64,000 nucleotides of DNA. Origin: Corallococcus sp. bb12-1. Lineage in GTDB: Bacteria > Myxococcota > Myxococcia > Myxococcales > Myxococcaceae. The notes beneath the pieces are model-generated. The model worked only from the letters and a program-made list of their open reading frames with translations, was not told where the DNA came from and did not search any database. This document shows positions 36,023-44,719 of this stretch, one piece after another; the first letter of the stretch is position 1, and every line of letters begins with the position of its first letter. Position numbers and translations under genes: made by a program. The stretch spans positions 141,012 to 205,011 of the forward strand of contig NZ_JAPNJZ010000012.1 in NCBI RefSeq assembly GCF_026626765.1, written 5' to 3'.

Positions 36023-37618
36023 CTACGCGTGGGCCGTGTCCCGCTGGGCAGGCACTTCCCCGCGCAGCTCCGCGACCTCGGCGCGCAGCAGCCAGTCCGA
36101 CGGGAAGTCGGAGGAGGCGCGGGCGATCTGCTCCAGCCGGTCCGCCGGGAGCTGTCCCGTCTCCCGGATGCGGCGCACCTCCGTGTAGAGCGTCGCCAGG
36201 GACGGATGCAGTGCCTTCGCCTTGCGCTCGCGGGCCTGCGCCTCGCCGTCGCCCGCGGTGAAGGCATTCATCTCCCCGAACCAGCGGTCCCATGCGCCGG
36301 TATCCGCCGGGCCTCCGGCCACGGACGGCAGCCGCTCCGTCACGTACACGCGCGCCATCGACGGCAGCTCCAGCGGCTTGCCCGCGAGCGTCCCGCTCAG
36401 GGCAATCACCTCGCCGCCGTCCACCGCGAAGCCCTCCAGCACCAGCCCGCTGTCCAGCGCCAGGCGGAAGTTCCCGCGCTCCGGCAGGGTGCCACTGCCA
36501 AATGCCACCAGCGCCGCGCCGCTGAACGGCTTGTCCAACGCCTGTCCATCGCGCGAAGTGACGATGGGGCCTTCCAGCCGCGCCATCGCGGTGGACAGTC
36601 CGGGGGCCACCTCGCCCGCTGCCGGCAGCAGCTCCACCACCTTGCCCGTCACCTCCCGGCCGTCCGCGAGCACCAGGTGGTTCACCGTGCGCGCGCGCAG
36701 CGCCTCGTTCAGGCCCAGGTCCCCGCCGCGCTTCCACGCGAGCGTGGCCTCGAACTCCGCCAGCACCTCGAACAGGTGCTCGAAGTCTCGCGCCACGAAG
36801 AGCTGCGGCTGCATGCGGGTGATGTCGTAGTCCGTGTCCGCGCACGCCACGCCCAGCGGCAGCTTCTGCACCGCGGACGTCAGGCAGTGCTTCGCCTCGC
36901 CGATGCTCGACAGCAGGCCTGCGCCGTAGATGCGCGGACGCTCCAGGTCGCCCACGAGGCCGTACTCCGCCGTCCACCAGTACAGGCGGCTCGCCCGGGT
37001 GCTCTCGCTGATGTAGCGGTGGCTCTCATTGGCGGCCTCCAGGCGGGCCTGGGCGTGCGCGATCTCCGCCTCGCTCGCCGTGGGGTCCTCCTTCACCACC
37101 GACAGGTTGCGGATGGCCTCGAAGACGGCCTGGTCCTCCACGCTCGCGATGGCCTTGAACCCCACCAGCCCCACCGCCTTGAGGTACTCCGCGTAGCGAC
37201 GGTTCGCGATGATGGGCGCGTGCCCCGCGCTCTCGTGGACGATGTCCGGCGCGGGCGTGTACTGGATGTGCTCGTGCGTGCGGATGTCCGCCGCGATGGC
37301 CAACACCCCCAGCGCCTGCAGCTCCGTGAAGACCGCCGGGGGGATGAAGCCGCGCACCGCCACGCAGGACCAGCCCAGCTTCGACAGCTTCTCGTTCATC
37401 TCGTCCAGGCTGGGGATGGCCTCCGCGCCGATGCCGGTGGCCTCCAGTCCTTCCAGGTAGACGGGATGCGCCTTGTCCCGCAGGTGCCCCCGGAGCTGCC
37501 CCAGGATGTGCCGCCACACCGCCTGATCGCGGGGCGTGTAGGCCGCGTAGTCCTGCGACACGACATAGCGGCGCAGGTGGGCGGGCAGGCGAGCGATCGT
37601 CCGTTCCGTGGGGGTCAT
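36023..37618 (-). CDS. Aromatic amino acid hydroxylase (phenylalanine-4-hydroxylase-like) with a ~250-aa C-terminal extension
   Basis: Start at MTPTERT. Iron-binding region PAPDIVHESAGHAPII...EYL. LYWWTAEYGLV matches the YWFTVEFGL consensus. The C-terminal half matches no recognised domain. Confidence 0.75.
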   Translation of the reverse strand: MTPTERTIARLPAHLRRYVVSQDYAAYTPRDQAVWRHILGQLRGHLRDKAHPVYLEGLEATGIGAEAIPSLDEMNEKLSKLGWSCVAVRGFIPPAVFTELQALGVLAIAADIRTHEHIQYTPAPDIVHESAGHAPIIANRRYAEYLKAVGLVGFKAIASVEDQAVFEAIRNLSVVKEDPTASEAEIAHAQARLEAANESHRYISESTRASRLYWWTAEYGLVGDLERPRIYGAGLLSSIGEAKHCLTSAVQKLPLGVACADTDYDITRMQPQLFVARDFEHLFEVLAEFEATLAWKRGGDLGLNEALRARTVNHLVLADGREVTGKVVELLPAAGEVAPGLSTAMARLEGPIVTSRDGQALDKPFSGAALVAFGSGTLPERGNFRLALDSGLVLEGFAVDGGEVIALSGTLAGKPLELPSMARVYVTERLPSVAGGPADTGAWDRWFGEMNAFTAGDGEAQARERKAKALHPSLATLYTEVRRIRETGQLPADRLEQIARASSDFPSDWLLRAEVAELRGEVPAQRDTAHA

Positions 37619-37710
37619 CTCGGAGGCTCCTTCAAGAGAAACAGGACACCTGGAAGATACCCATGTCAGCGGAGGACGGAAATCCGGCAGATTACGACGT
37701 CTTCGTCGGA

Positions 37711-38631
37711 TTATCGCCGTTTGCGGAGCCGACGTCGCAGGCCGTCCAGCACGGCGTGGGCGCCGGGGCTGAGGCCGCCGGAGGGCCACAGGGCGACGAC
37801 TTCGACCACCTGGGGCTCCGCTTCGCGCAGGGGCCAGACGTGGAGGTCGGCGGGGAACGGTTGGGTGGGCCGTACGTCGGGGGCGATGGCGCAGGCGCGG
37901 TAGGCGCGCAGCAGCTCGAAGAGGTGGAGGAAGCTCTCCACGCGGCCGACTTCGTCCACCTTGACCCCCTGGGCGGAGAAGCGCGCGCTGTTGGCGCCGC
38001 CATACGGGTCGTCGCGCAACCAGTCCACGAAGCGTTGACCCTGCAGGTCCTTCACATCCAGCGCGCGCCGGGAGGTCTGTTCGCTCACCAGCGCGGAGTC
38101 CGGGCCGGCGATCACCACGAAGGACATGCGCAGCAGCGATTCTGAATCCACGCCGTCGTGGGGCGGCAGTGGGGTGAAGTCCAGCACCAGGTCCTGCTGC
38201 CGGGTCTGCACCTGCCGCACCAGTTCGTGCGAACCGCCGAAGCCCACCACCAGCTTGAGGTCGGTGGCGGCCGCGTCCTGCGCGATGCCGCCCAACAGCG
38301 ACATGGACAGGGTGGGGTTGAGCCCCAGGCGCAGGGTGGGCTCCACGCGCGCCAGGTCCACGAGCCGCTTCATGTCCAGTTGGTGCAGGGGCGTCTGGGT
38401 GCCCGCGTAGAGGCGCTCGCCGCGCGCGGACAGTTGCAGCCTGCGTCCCGGGCCGCGCTCCAGCAGGACCGCGCCATCCGCCAGGGCCTCCTCCAGCGCG
38501 CGGATGTGCTCACTCACCACGGAGCGGGCGACGCCCAGGTGCTCCGCGGCGGCGTCGATGCTGCCCGCCTCCACGGCGGCGGTGAAGGACTCCAGCCAGA
38601 CCAGATGTCGCAGCAGCTTACGCGGGGGCAT
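37711..38631 (-). CDS. LysR-family transcriptional regulator
   Basis: Start at MPPRKLLRHLVWLESFTAAVEAGSIDAAAEHLGVARSVVSEHIRALE (LysR helix-turn-helix), followed by a substrate-binding domain. The upstream part of the ORF is junk. Confidence 0.8.
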   Translation of the reverse strand: MPPRKLLRHLVWLESFTAAVEAGSIDAAAEHLGVARSVVSEHIRALEEALADGAVLLERGPGRRLQLSARGERLYAGTQTPLHQLDMKRLVDLARVEPTLRLGLNPTLSMSLLGGIAQDAAATDLKLVVGFGGSHELVRQVQTRQQDLVLDFTPLPPHDGVDSESLLRMSFVVIAGPDSALVSEQTSRRALDVKDLQGQRFVDWLRDDPYGGANSARFSAQGVKVDEVGRVESFLHLFELLRAYRACAIAPDVRPTQPFPADLHVWPLREAEPQVVEVVALWPSGGLSPGAHAVLDGLRRRLRKRR

Positions 38632-38680
38632 GAGGGCCTTGTTCCTGGCGCACCCATGCGCCCCGGGGTGGGTGCGACGG

Positions 38681-39502
38681 TCAGATGAAGTAGTCGGGGA
38701 ACAGCTCCGCGCCGGGCACGGACTGGTACTTGTCGAAGTCCGTGACGCCCACGCCGCGCAGCACGTCCTCGTCGATGCAGAAGTTGCCGGTGAAGGAGCG
38801 GCTGGGCTTGGTGAGGATGGCGTGGGCCGCGTCCGCCATGATCTCCGGCGAGCGGCTGCCCTTGATGGTCTCATCGCCGCCCAGCAGGTTCTGCACGGCG
38901 GCGGTGGCGATGACGGTGCGGGGCCAGAGGGCGTTGACGGCGATGCCCTCGTCCTTGAACTCCTCCGCCATGCCGAGCACGCACATGCTCATGCCGAACT
39001 TCGCCATGGTGTAGGCGACGTGGGGGCCGAACCAGCGCGCCTCCATGTTGAGCGGCGGCGAGTTGTTGAGGATGTGCGGGTTCGAGGACTTCTTGAGGTA
39101 CGGCAGGCACGCCTGCGAGCACGCGAAGGTGCCGCGCGTGTTGATGCCGTGCATCAGGTCGAAGCGCTTGAGCGGCGTCTCCAGCGTACCGGTGAGGCTG
39201 ATGGCGCTGGCGTTGTTCACCAGGATGTCAATGCCGCCGAACGTCTCCACCGCCTTGGCCACGGCCGCGTGGATCTGCGCCTCGTCGCGGATGTCCACCA
39301 CGCAGGGCAGCGCCTTGCCGCCGGCCGCTTCAATCTCCTTCGCTGCGGTGTAGATGGTGCCGGGCAGCTTGGGGTGCGGGTCGGTCGTCTTCGCCGCGAT
39401 GATGATGTTGGCGCCGTCCCGGGCCGCGCGCAGCGCGATGGCCAGTCCGATGCCGCGGCTGGAGCCGGTGATGAAGAGGGTCTTGCCTTTGAGGGTGGAC
39501 AT
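38681..39502 (-). CDS. SDR-family oxidoreductase (HSDL2-like)
   Basis: Start at MSTLKGK. TGSSRGIG cofactor motif. NNAS. Catalytic YTMAK. Confidence 0.85.
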   Translation of the reverse strand: MSTLKGKTLFITGSSRGIGLAIALRAARDGANIIIAAKTTDPHPKLPGTIYTAAKEIEAAGGKALPCVVDIRDEAQIHAAVAKAVETFGGIDILVNNASAISLTGTLETPLKRFDLMHGINTRGTFACSQACLPYLKKSSNPHILNNSPPLNMEARWFGPHVAYTMAKFGMSMCVLGMAEEFKDEGIAVNALWPRTVIATAAVQNLLGGDETIKGSRSPEIMADAAHAILTKPSRSFTGNFCIDEDVLRGVGVTDFDKYQSVPGAELFPDYFI

Positions 39503-39609
39503 GGGCCGCATCCTCGCTGATTCGAGGCAGGCCGCAATGCCCGGAGCGGTCGGACGCGTGTGGGTCCGACCGCTCTTCAACGGAGCTTCAGGAGAACTTC
39601 AGCCCGGGC

Positions 39610-41955
39610 TCAGGGGGTGTAGAGGAGGACCTGGTTGACGCTCACAAGGGCGTCCCGGTCCCATCCGCCCACGAAGAGCACCTTGCCGTTGGGCAGCAGG
39701 GTGGTGGCCATGAAGTAGCGGTTCGACGCCATGCTGGTGGAGAAGGCCACCGTCCCGGTCGCCGGATCGAAGATCTCCGTCGTCAGGCCGACCAGGGAGT
39801 TGCCTCCCGCGAGCAGGAGCTTCCCCGAGGCCAGCTGGACCACGGAGGACGACGCGCGGTCATAGGTGAAGTTGCCCACCGTCGTCTGGACGTTGAGGAC
39901 GGGGTCATACAACGCGACCAGGGGTCCGCCGACGAGCAGGACCTTGCCCGAGGGCTGCAGGAAGGCGTGCGTGAAGGTCCGGGTTGTCATCCCCGTGGCG
40001 CCGTTCCAGGTGTTGTTGGACGGATCATAGAATTCCGAGGGGAGGTTGCCGCCCAGGATGAGGACCTTGCCGGACGGCAGCAACACCGCTTCGTGATTGT
40101 TATGGGCATACGCCGCGCTCGCCACCGGCACCCATGTCTGCGTCGTGGGGTCGAACAGCTCCGGGATGCGGTTGCTCGTGGTGTCGCCCGTGGTGTTGCC
40201 ACCGACGACCAGGACCTTGCCGTTGGGCAGCAGCGTCGCCGTGTGATTGCCACGCGCGAAGGCCATGTTCGGCCCGGCTGCCCAGGTGTTGGTGGCGGGG
40301 TCGTAGATCTCCACGTTGCGCAGAGGGGTGATGTTCGGGTAGCCCGCGAAGCCACCCGTGACCAGGACCTTGCCGTTGGGCAGCAGCGTTACTGCCGGCG
40401 AGTAGTGGGACGTGCCCAGGGAGCCGGCCGGGGACCACGTCGCCGTGGTGGGATCATAAAGCTCCGCGGACGCCAGGATGGGGGTGGAGGAAACCGATCC
40501 CCCGAAGATCAGGATCTTTCCGGAGGCCAGGGGGATGAGGCTCGCTCCGAATCGGCGGGCCGTCAGGCTGGCGGTGGCATCCCACCGCGCGACGGTGCTC
40601 TCCGGCGGCGGGGTGCAGGTCGGGACCCCTACCACGGCGACGCTGAAGCTCGTGGACGCGGAGAAGCCCAGGGCGTTGGTGACGGTGGCGCTGACGGTGG
40701 GGCTGGGGCCATCGGGGATGCAGGCCGGCGCCTTCCAGGCGATCTCGCTGGAAGTGAAGCCGGAGGTGGCCGTGCCCAGCGTGCCGTGGCTCGACGCCCA
40801 GGCGAAGGTGAGCGCGCTGCCATTGCCATCCTCCGCGAGGACGCGGAACGTCACGGTGCCATCGCCGGCCACGGAGAGCGCGCTCTGGTTCGAAAGGACG
40901 ATGCGCGGGGGCACGTTGGCGACGGGGCCCGTGCCGACGCAGATGCGCAGGGTGCCCTGCGTCTGTCCGCCGTTCGGATCCTTCGCGGTGACGGTGAGCG
41001 AGCAGTTGCCGCAGGACTCGCCGGCCGGCACCGCGCTCGGGGTGAAGGCCGCCGTGCTGGTGGTGTCGTCCGTCCAGGTGCCAGCGCAGGACGCCGTCCA
41101 CTGGTAGGTCAGCGCGTCGCCGTCCGGGTCCGTCACGTCCGCGACCACGGTGGTGCTCTGGCCCACCGGCAGGGGGGATTGCGACGCGGTGACGCGGTTC
41201 ACGGCGGGGGAGACGTTGAAGGTCACGGACACCTGGGCGACGCCCGTGTCCGGTCCGCCGTCCGTCGAGATGACCGTGATGTTGATGCGGATGACCGCGG
41301 TGGCGCCGCGCGAGTCAGTGACCGTCAGCGTCAGCGTGACGACGCCCGCCGTGGCGGGGGCCGTCCAGGTCGTCGTCGCGAGCGTGGCCGAACCGAAGGT
41401 GCCGCCCGTCGCCGTCCACGCGTAGGTGAACGTGTCCGACGTGTCCGCGTCATGCGCGGTGGCCTGGAGGGACAGCGTGCCCCCGGGCAGCACGGTGCTG
41501 GCGGACGCCACCAGCGAGTCGATGCAGGGCGCCGAGTTGTCGAAGGGCCCGGGCACATTCAGGGCCTGGAGCGTGATGGCGACCACCGACGTGGTGCCCG
41601 CCGTGATGGTGACATCCGTCGCCGCGCCCCGGTAGCGCAGGGAGCCGTCCGCCGCGAAGGCCTCGGCGGTGAACGTGCGCTGGGTGCCCGCGGGGACCTG
41701 GTACAGCGTGCCGCTCCAACTGTCCGTGCTCTTCGTGAGCACGGTCGTGGACGTGGCCACGCCCGGGGCCGTCAGCGTCACCGTCACGCGGGTGACCTCA
41801 TCGCCCGCGAGCGCCTGCGGCACCGCGCTGATGAACCGCACGTCACCGGTTTCGGGCACTGGCTCGTCGGTGTCAGGGCTGCAAGCCATGACCGCCAACG
41901 CAAAGCTGGTTGCCACGTAAAACATAACACTAGACAGAGGGGTCTGTCGACGCAT
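39610..41955 (-). CDS. Lipoprotein with Ig-like (PKD/Big-type) domains and a C-terminal Kelch beta-propeller
   Basis: Start at MRRQTPL, with a signal peptide and a Cys. Repeated Ig-like segments (SDTFTYAWTATGGTFGS, DALTYQWTASC). Six or more Kelch-like blades (LLPNGKVLVxGG). Confidence 0.8.
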   Translation of the reverse strand: MRRQTPLSSVMFYVATSFALAVMACSPDTDEPVPETGDVRFISAVPQALAGDEVTRVTVTLTAPGVATSTTVLTKSTDSWSGTLYQVPAGTQRTFTAEAFAADGSLRYRGAATDVTITAGTTSVVAITLQALNVPGPFDNSAPCIDSLVASASTVLPGGTLSLQATAHDADTSDTFTYAWTATGGTFGSATLATTTWTAPATAGVVTLTLTVTDSRGATAVIRINITVISTDGGPDTGVAQVSVTFNVSPAVNRVTASQSPLPVGQSTTVVADVTDPDGDALTYQWTASCAGTWTDDTTSTAAFTPSAVPAGESCGNCSLTVTAKDPNGGQTQGTLRICVGTGPVANVPPRIVLSNQSALSVAGDGTVTFRVLAEDGNGSALTFAWASSHGTLGTATSGFTSSEIAWKAPACIPDGPSPTVSATVTNALGFSASTSFSVAVVGVPTCTPPPESTVARWDATASLTARRFGASLIPLASGKILIFGGSVSSTPILASAELYDPTTATWSPAGSLGTSHYSPAVTLLPNGKVLVTGGFAGYPNITPLRNVEIYDPATNTWAAGPNMAFARGNHTATLLPNGKVLVVGGNTTGDTTSNRIPELFDPTTQTWVPVASAAYAHNNHEAVLLPSGKVLILGGNLPSEFYDPSNNTWNGATGMTTRTFTHAFLQPSGKVLLVGGPLVALYDPVLNVQTTVGNFTYDRASSSVVQLASGKLLLAGGNSLVGLTTEIFDPATGTVAFSTSMASNRYFMATTLLPNGKVLFVGGWDRDALVSVNQVLLYTP

Positions 41956-42013
41956 CGCACCTTCCGGGTGGGAAATGGAAGGATCGCGATCTAGCAGACC
42001 AGACAACGAATCA

Positions 42014-42090
42014 AAGTTTGTGTTTAAATAGGGATGGGTGTCTGTCCAAACCCTTTCGGGGTCCATGCATACCCTGGAGGTCGGGTGGGG
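42014..42090 (-). promoter_or_regulatory. Conserved upstream element of Kelch paralogue 1, with a candidate sigma-70-like -35 box and an AT-rich -10
   Basis: GTCTGTCCAAACCCTTTC(G/A)GGGTC...ACCCTGGA(G/C)GTCGGGTGGGG and the AGTTTGT...GATGGGT block recur at 44614-44700 upstream of paralogue 2. On the minus strand this reads TTGGACA...TATTTAAAC. Confidence 0.4.
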
Positions 42091-42224
42091 AGCCCTATGC
42101 AGCGGCTCCTCTGTCCTTGTTGCAGGATAGGATGTCGCGGTGCCCCCTCGCAGGGAAGACCGCGGTCGGACCCGTTGACGACCACGTCCGCGTGCACGGA
42201 TTGCGCGCGGACGTGGAGCTTCCA

Positions 42225-44558
42225 TCAGGGCGTGTAGAGGAGCGCCGCGTTCAGATAAACGGACCTGTCGCGATCATACCCGGCGGCGAAGAGGACCTTG
42301 CCCGAAGCAAGGACGCTGGCGGCCATCAGGTATCGCGAGGTGGGCATGCTGGTCGTGAAGGAGGCCTTTCCGGTCGCGGGGTCGAAAATCTCGGTTGTCA
42401 GACCGATGCTCGACGTCCCGCCCGTCACGAGGAGCTTGCCTGAAGGTAACTGGATGAGTGACGCGTAGGTGCGCGCATGGGTGAAGGAGCCCACTGGGGT
42501 CTGCACATTGAGCGCGGGGTCATAGACGGAGATGAGCGTCCCCGCGACCATCAGCACCTTGCCTGACGGAAGCAGGAAGGCATGCGTCCAGCCTGTGCCG
42601 GTGACGCCGGTGGCGGGGGTCCAGGTGTTCGCGCTGGGGTCGTAGAGCTCCGCGCTCAAACCGCCGCCCACCACAAGGACCTTTCCGGACGGCAGCAGCA
42701 CCGCGGCGTGTCCCTCGCGGCTGCCTGGTGCCGCGCTGGTCATGGGCGTCCAGGTGTTGGCCGCGGGGTCGTAGAGTTCCGGGATGCGGACGCTCGTCGC
42801 GTCCCCGGTGAGGTTGCCGCCGACGACCAGGACCTTGCCGGAAGGCAGCAGGGTCGCGGTGTGGGTGGTGCGGACGAACGTCATGGAGGCCGCCGCCGTC
42901 CAGGTGTTGGTCGCGGGGTCGTAGATGTCCACGTTCTTCTGGGGAACGTTGGTGTGGGTGGCCGCCCATCCGCCCGTGAACAGCACCTTGCCCGAGGGCA
43001 GCAGCGTCATTGTCGGAAATACGCGGCCCACGCTCATGTTGCCGGCCGAGGTCCAGCTCGCCGTGTCGGGGGAATAGAGTTCCGCCGACGTGAAACCGTT
43101 GCCTCCGATACTTCCTCCCACCACCAGGACCTTCCCGGAAGGAAGGGTGACCGCGCCTGCACTGTGGCGGGGCGTCAACAGGTTGCCCGTGCCCTCCCAC
43201 TGCCCCGAGTTCTCCGGCGCGCAGTCCGGAGTCCCCAGGACCGCGATGCTGAACGTCGTCGACACGGAGAAGCCCTTCGCGTTGGTGACGGTGGCGGTGA
43301 CGGACGGTGCCGGGCCCGACGGGGCACAGGTGGGCGCCTTCCAGGAGTTCTCGCTGGAGGTGAACCCCGACGACGCCGTGCCCAGCGTGCCGGTGCTCGC
43401 GGCCCACGCGAAGGCGAGCGCGCTGCCATCCCCATCCTCCGCCAGGACGCGGAACGTCACGGTGCCGCCACCGTTCACGCTGGTGGCGCTCTGGTTGGCG
43501 AGCACGATGCGCGGAGGCACGCTGGCCCCCGTGCCCGGCCCCACGCAGACGCGCAGGGTGCCCTGCGACTGGCCACCCTTCGGATCCCTCACGGTGACAC
43601 TGAGCGCGCAGCTTCCACAGGCGTCGCCCGCGGGCACGGCGCTGGGAGTGAACGTCGCCGCGCTGGAGGTGGCCTGGGTCCAGCTTCCCGCGCAGGACGT
43701 GGCCCACTGATAGGAGAGCGTGTCGCCGTCGCCGTCCGAAGCCTGGGCGGTGACGACCGTTCCCTGGCCCACCGGAACCGGCGAGCGAGACGCCGTGATG
43801 CGTTGGACCGAAGGCGAGGTGTTGAACGAGACCGTCACCGACGCCGCGCCGGAGCCCGCGCCGCCATCCGTGGAGACCACCGTGATGTCCACGCGGAGGG
43901 TGGACGCGGCGCCGCGCGAATCAGTGACGGTCAACGTCAGGGCGTAGCTGCCAGCGGTCGTGGGGGCCGTCCAGATCGTCGCGCCCGCCCCGGGCGAACC
44001 GAAGGTCCCGTCCGTCGCCGTCCAGGCATAGGAGAAGGTGTCGGATGTGTCCGGATCATGCGCTGTCGCCTGGAGGGAGAGGCTGCCCCCGGGCAACACG
44101 GTGCTGGCGGATGCCACGAGTGAGTCGATGATGGGCGCGGTGTTGTCGAACGCGCCTCCCACCTGGAGGGATTGGAGCGTGATGGCGACCACCGCCGTGG
44201 TCCCCGCCGTGATGGTGACGCCCGTGGCCTGGCCTCGGTAGCGCAGCGAACCGTCCGCGCCAAAGGCCTCCGCCGTGAACGTCCGCTGGGTGCCCACGGG
44301 GACCTGATACAGCGTTCCGCTCCACGTCCCGTCCACCCGGGTGAGCGCCGTCGTGGAGGTGGGAACGCCGCTGGCGGTCAGCGTGACCGTGACCCGGCTG
44401 ACCTCGTCACCCGCCAGGGCCTGGGGCAACGACCCCATGAATCTCACGTCCCCCGTCTCCAGGGTTTCCGCGCTGGAGGCACCGCAGCCCGCGAGCGTCA
44501 CCGCCGCCGCGAGGACAAGGCACACGAGTGTCCGGGACGCGCTGTCTTTTCTTTGCAT
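42225..44558 (-). CDS. Tandem paralogue of the Kelch/Ig-like lipoprotein
   Basis: Lipobox LAGCG. Same domain order as the first copy, with high identity to it (ETGDVRF..SLPQALAGDEVSRVTVTLTA..). Confidence 0.8.
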   Translation of the reverse strand: MQRKDSASRTLVCLVLAAAVTLAGCGASSAETLETGDVRFMGSLPQALAGDEVSRVTVTLTASGVPTSTTALTRVDGTWSGTLYQVPVGTQRTFTAEAFGADGSLRYRGQATGVTITAGTTAVVAITLQSLQVGGAFDNTAPIIDSLVASASTVLPGGSLSLQATAHDPDTSDTFSYAWTATDGTFGSPGAGATIWTAPTTAGSYALTLTVTDSRGAASTLRVDITVVSTDGGAGSGAASVTVSFNTSPSVQRITASRSPVPVGQGTVVTAQASDGDGDTLSYQWATSCAGSWTQATSSAATFTPSAVPAGDACGSCALSVTVRDPKGGQSQGTLRVCVGPGTGASVPPRIVLANQSATSVNGGGTVTFRVLAEDGDGSALAFAWAASTGTLGTASSGFTSSENSWKAPTCAPSGPAPSVTATVTNAKGFSVSTTFSIAVLGTPDCAPENSGQWEGTGNLLTPRHSAGAVTLPSGKVLVVGGSIGGNGFTSAELYSPDTASWTSAGNMSVGRVFPTMTLLPSGKVLFTGGWAATHTNVPQKNVDIYDPATNTWTAAASMTFVRTTHTATLLPSGKVLVVGGNLTGDATSVRIPELYDPAANTWTPMTSAAPGSREGHAAVLLPSGKVLVVGGGLSAELYDPSANTWTPATGVTGTGWTHAFLLPSGKVLMVAGTLISVYDPALNVQTPVGSFTHARTYASLIQLPSGKLLVTGGTSSIGLTTEIFDPATGKASFTTSMPTSRYLMAASVLASGKVLFAAGYDRDRSVYLNAALLYTP

Positions 44559-44613
44559 GAAATTCTTTCAGGGGAGGGGTTGGGAGTGGATGTTTGGTTT
44601 ATCAGAGTCCAGA

Positions 44614-44700
44614 AATGTTTGTAGATGGGTCTGCCCGGATCTCGGAGTCTGTCCAAACCCTTTCAGGGGTCGGTGATTACCCTGGACGTCGGGTGGGGGG
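44614..44700 (-). promoter_or_regulatory. Second copy of the conserved upstream element (upstream of Kelch paralogue 2, in the region shared divergently with pepN)
   Basis: See 42014-42090. The same conserved blocks appear here, with an insertion between them. Confidence 0.4.
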
Positions 44701-44719
44701 ACGCTACGCTCCAGCACCC

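Noticed and set aside
35774-37903. 709-aa plus-strand ORF overlapping the hydroxylase gene
   Set aside because: It is antisense to the PAH-like gene, which has clear catalytic motifs. Its composition is junk.
39967-44123. Long plus-strand ORFs (675 and 513 aa) across the Kelch lipoprotein genes
   Set aside because: They are antisense to two paralogous genes with lipoboxes and Kelch blades. The translations are Arg/Gly-rich.
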